From contig MU004184.1 in the NCBI GenBank assembly GCA_010093605.1, positions 568,801-632,800 of the forward strand: DNA of 64,000 bases, given 5' to 3'. The notes beneath the pieces are model-generated. The model did not search any database. It saw nothing but the letters and a program-made list of their open reading frames with translations, and was not told the origin of the DNA. Shown piece after piece: positions 62,401 to 64,000 of this stretch (its first letter is position 1; each line of letters opens with the position of its first letter). Source of the DNA: Lophium mytilinum (lineage: Eukaryota). The translations under genes were made by a program, and so were the position numbers.

Positions 62401-64000
62401 CCGCCCAAAATAGCAACGCGGGATGGTTATGTCGGCCTGCATGGACGGTGGAACATAACTCCCAACACGGTGCACAGCGAGCGACGACGTTGTGGTGCCA
62501 CACCAGACCCGTTCTCAGGCCTCGTGCTGACGGGAGCGATAAATCAATCACTGCCGCCGTATCGATAGAGCGATACACACCCGACCCGCCTTTTCGAGCC
62601 TCCATGTCCGCCGTGCGGTCTGGAGAGTGCTTCATGGCGAGGAGAAGTTGAAACACTCGCTTCCATGTCTCGAGCTGAACCACGGTCGACGGGAAACATA
62701 TGACCACTCACGACTGTCTCTCCCCCACCATAAAGAACTTGTCATCGCCGCTGCGTCTCACCATCCATGCGGTCGACAGAGCGGTCGCCCATGACATCGT
62801 TCCCCACATGAAGCAGAGGCGAGTCGCCGGCCGAGCAAATCACCAGCGTGCCCCGAGGGCGCCTCGCTTCTTGGGAGAGTCTTGAAGAGCAGTTCCTGCA
62901 TCTCATGCAGGTCTCGTTGATCGCACCACGCCGCCACTGCTGCAGGATCACCGCCGACGCACGAGACTGAGCTGACTTGCGAGCCGGCGTGTCGAGTCTC
63001 GCCATGTCGCCCACTCACGGCCTCCGAGACGGTCTGCGAATGAGAATGCCGCAGGCCGGAGGATTCCCATTCGCTGAGGCGTGGGCGAAAGGTGAGTCTT
63101 GGGGAGTGATTGAGTGTGACAGCCACCTGCACTTAGCAACGGCAGCGCGATACGGCGGGCCAGAGGCCTATCGATACCCATCCCACATGCCCACACACAC
63201 ACCCACATGCGCGCGGGTTTTCTCAAGAAGAAAAGTCTCACAGTGGCCACCGTCGGGCCGCCACACAGGGACCGGGCCTGTCCTGTTGACGGCAACATAT
63301 CGATTGTCCAATAATCTGGGGCGCTGGGAAGATGCCAGGAGGGCTGTATCGCACCGTCATAGGCTGATGCGGAGCTGGACCCGGCAGCCGTTGGCACAGG
63401 CTGAATGGCGAGGCAGCGAGCTGCTCCCGCTTCCGCACGAGGGACGCTCTGTATCACACATTACGGCGCCCAGGCCGTGTGGTTGGCTTGCAGAACTGCC
63501 CAAACGAAGTGCACGACGGCCAGTGCAGCCAGCGATTCGTTGCGTGCAGGCAGCACACGGCGGTGGACTGGAGGGCAGCGGGCCTGTGGCAGCGGCCGAG
63601 GGCGTGAAACCACGCCGGGATGCAGCGTCACCTCTTGCTCGCAACCCACAGCGCTAGCCCGCGGCGACCAGTTGTGCAGAGGCACTAGAGTTTCATGGAG
63701 TTGTGCGTGTCCCGAAGGGTGCGAAGGGTGTATCGGTGGTGAGAGACGTGCAGGCTTGGCCTAAAGTTAGAGCACAAAGTAATGCCGCGTGGACGGCCTT
63801 GCCGCTTTACAGGCGAAGCTGAAGCCAGTCGGGGCGTCGACGACTCGCGCGATAGTCTGGCGCAGGGGTCGTATGCAGGCAGAGTGCTGCGCCTTTCGCC
63901 GTTCCCGAGGGCCCTCCCACCGCCGTAGTTTAAGCCAATTCCCGCGCTGTTGCTCAGGCACAGGTCATCTTTACTTCTTTCGAATGTGCCACTAGCTTAA

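Noticed and set aside
62948..63764. Several 100-226 aa ORFs on both strands
   Set aside because: Arg/Ala/Pro-rich composition typical of random GC-rich frames, mutually overlapping, no motifs.

Overview
Gene-dense, intron-rich euchromatic DNA from a filamentous ascomycete (Pezizomycotina, possibly Dothideomycetes; taxonomy inferred from GT-AG introns with CTRAC branch points and gene content). Most ORF-track entries are exon fragments or antisense shadows. I reconstructed about 25 protein-coding loci. Housekeeping genes: SmB, RPL11, RPL36, SOD-fold mitoribosomal protein, Psh1-like RING ligase, COX23, MDM20, tropomyosin, RRP17, WD40-cyclophilin, GH76, synaptobrevin, UMP-CMP kinase, SFK1, UBX/TUG and thioredoxin-PITH. 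Others: a securin-like gene, a Zn2Cys6 transcription factor, two pseudogenes with RIP-like stops, and one tRNA-like gene with an atypical anticodon arm. The most unusual part is the accessory block at about 3.8-7.8 kb. It holds an intact 4-exon gene fusing a Zn2Cys6 DNA-binding domain, 11 nucleoporin-type GLFG repeats and a BTB/POZ domain, next to a non-coding array of five ~152-bp units in which an inverted-repeat-bounded conserved block alternates with divergent spacers. All calls come from reading and motif recognition; no database searches were run.
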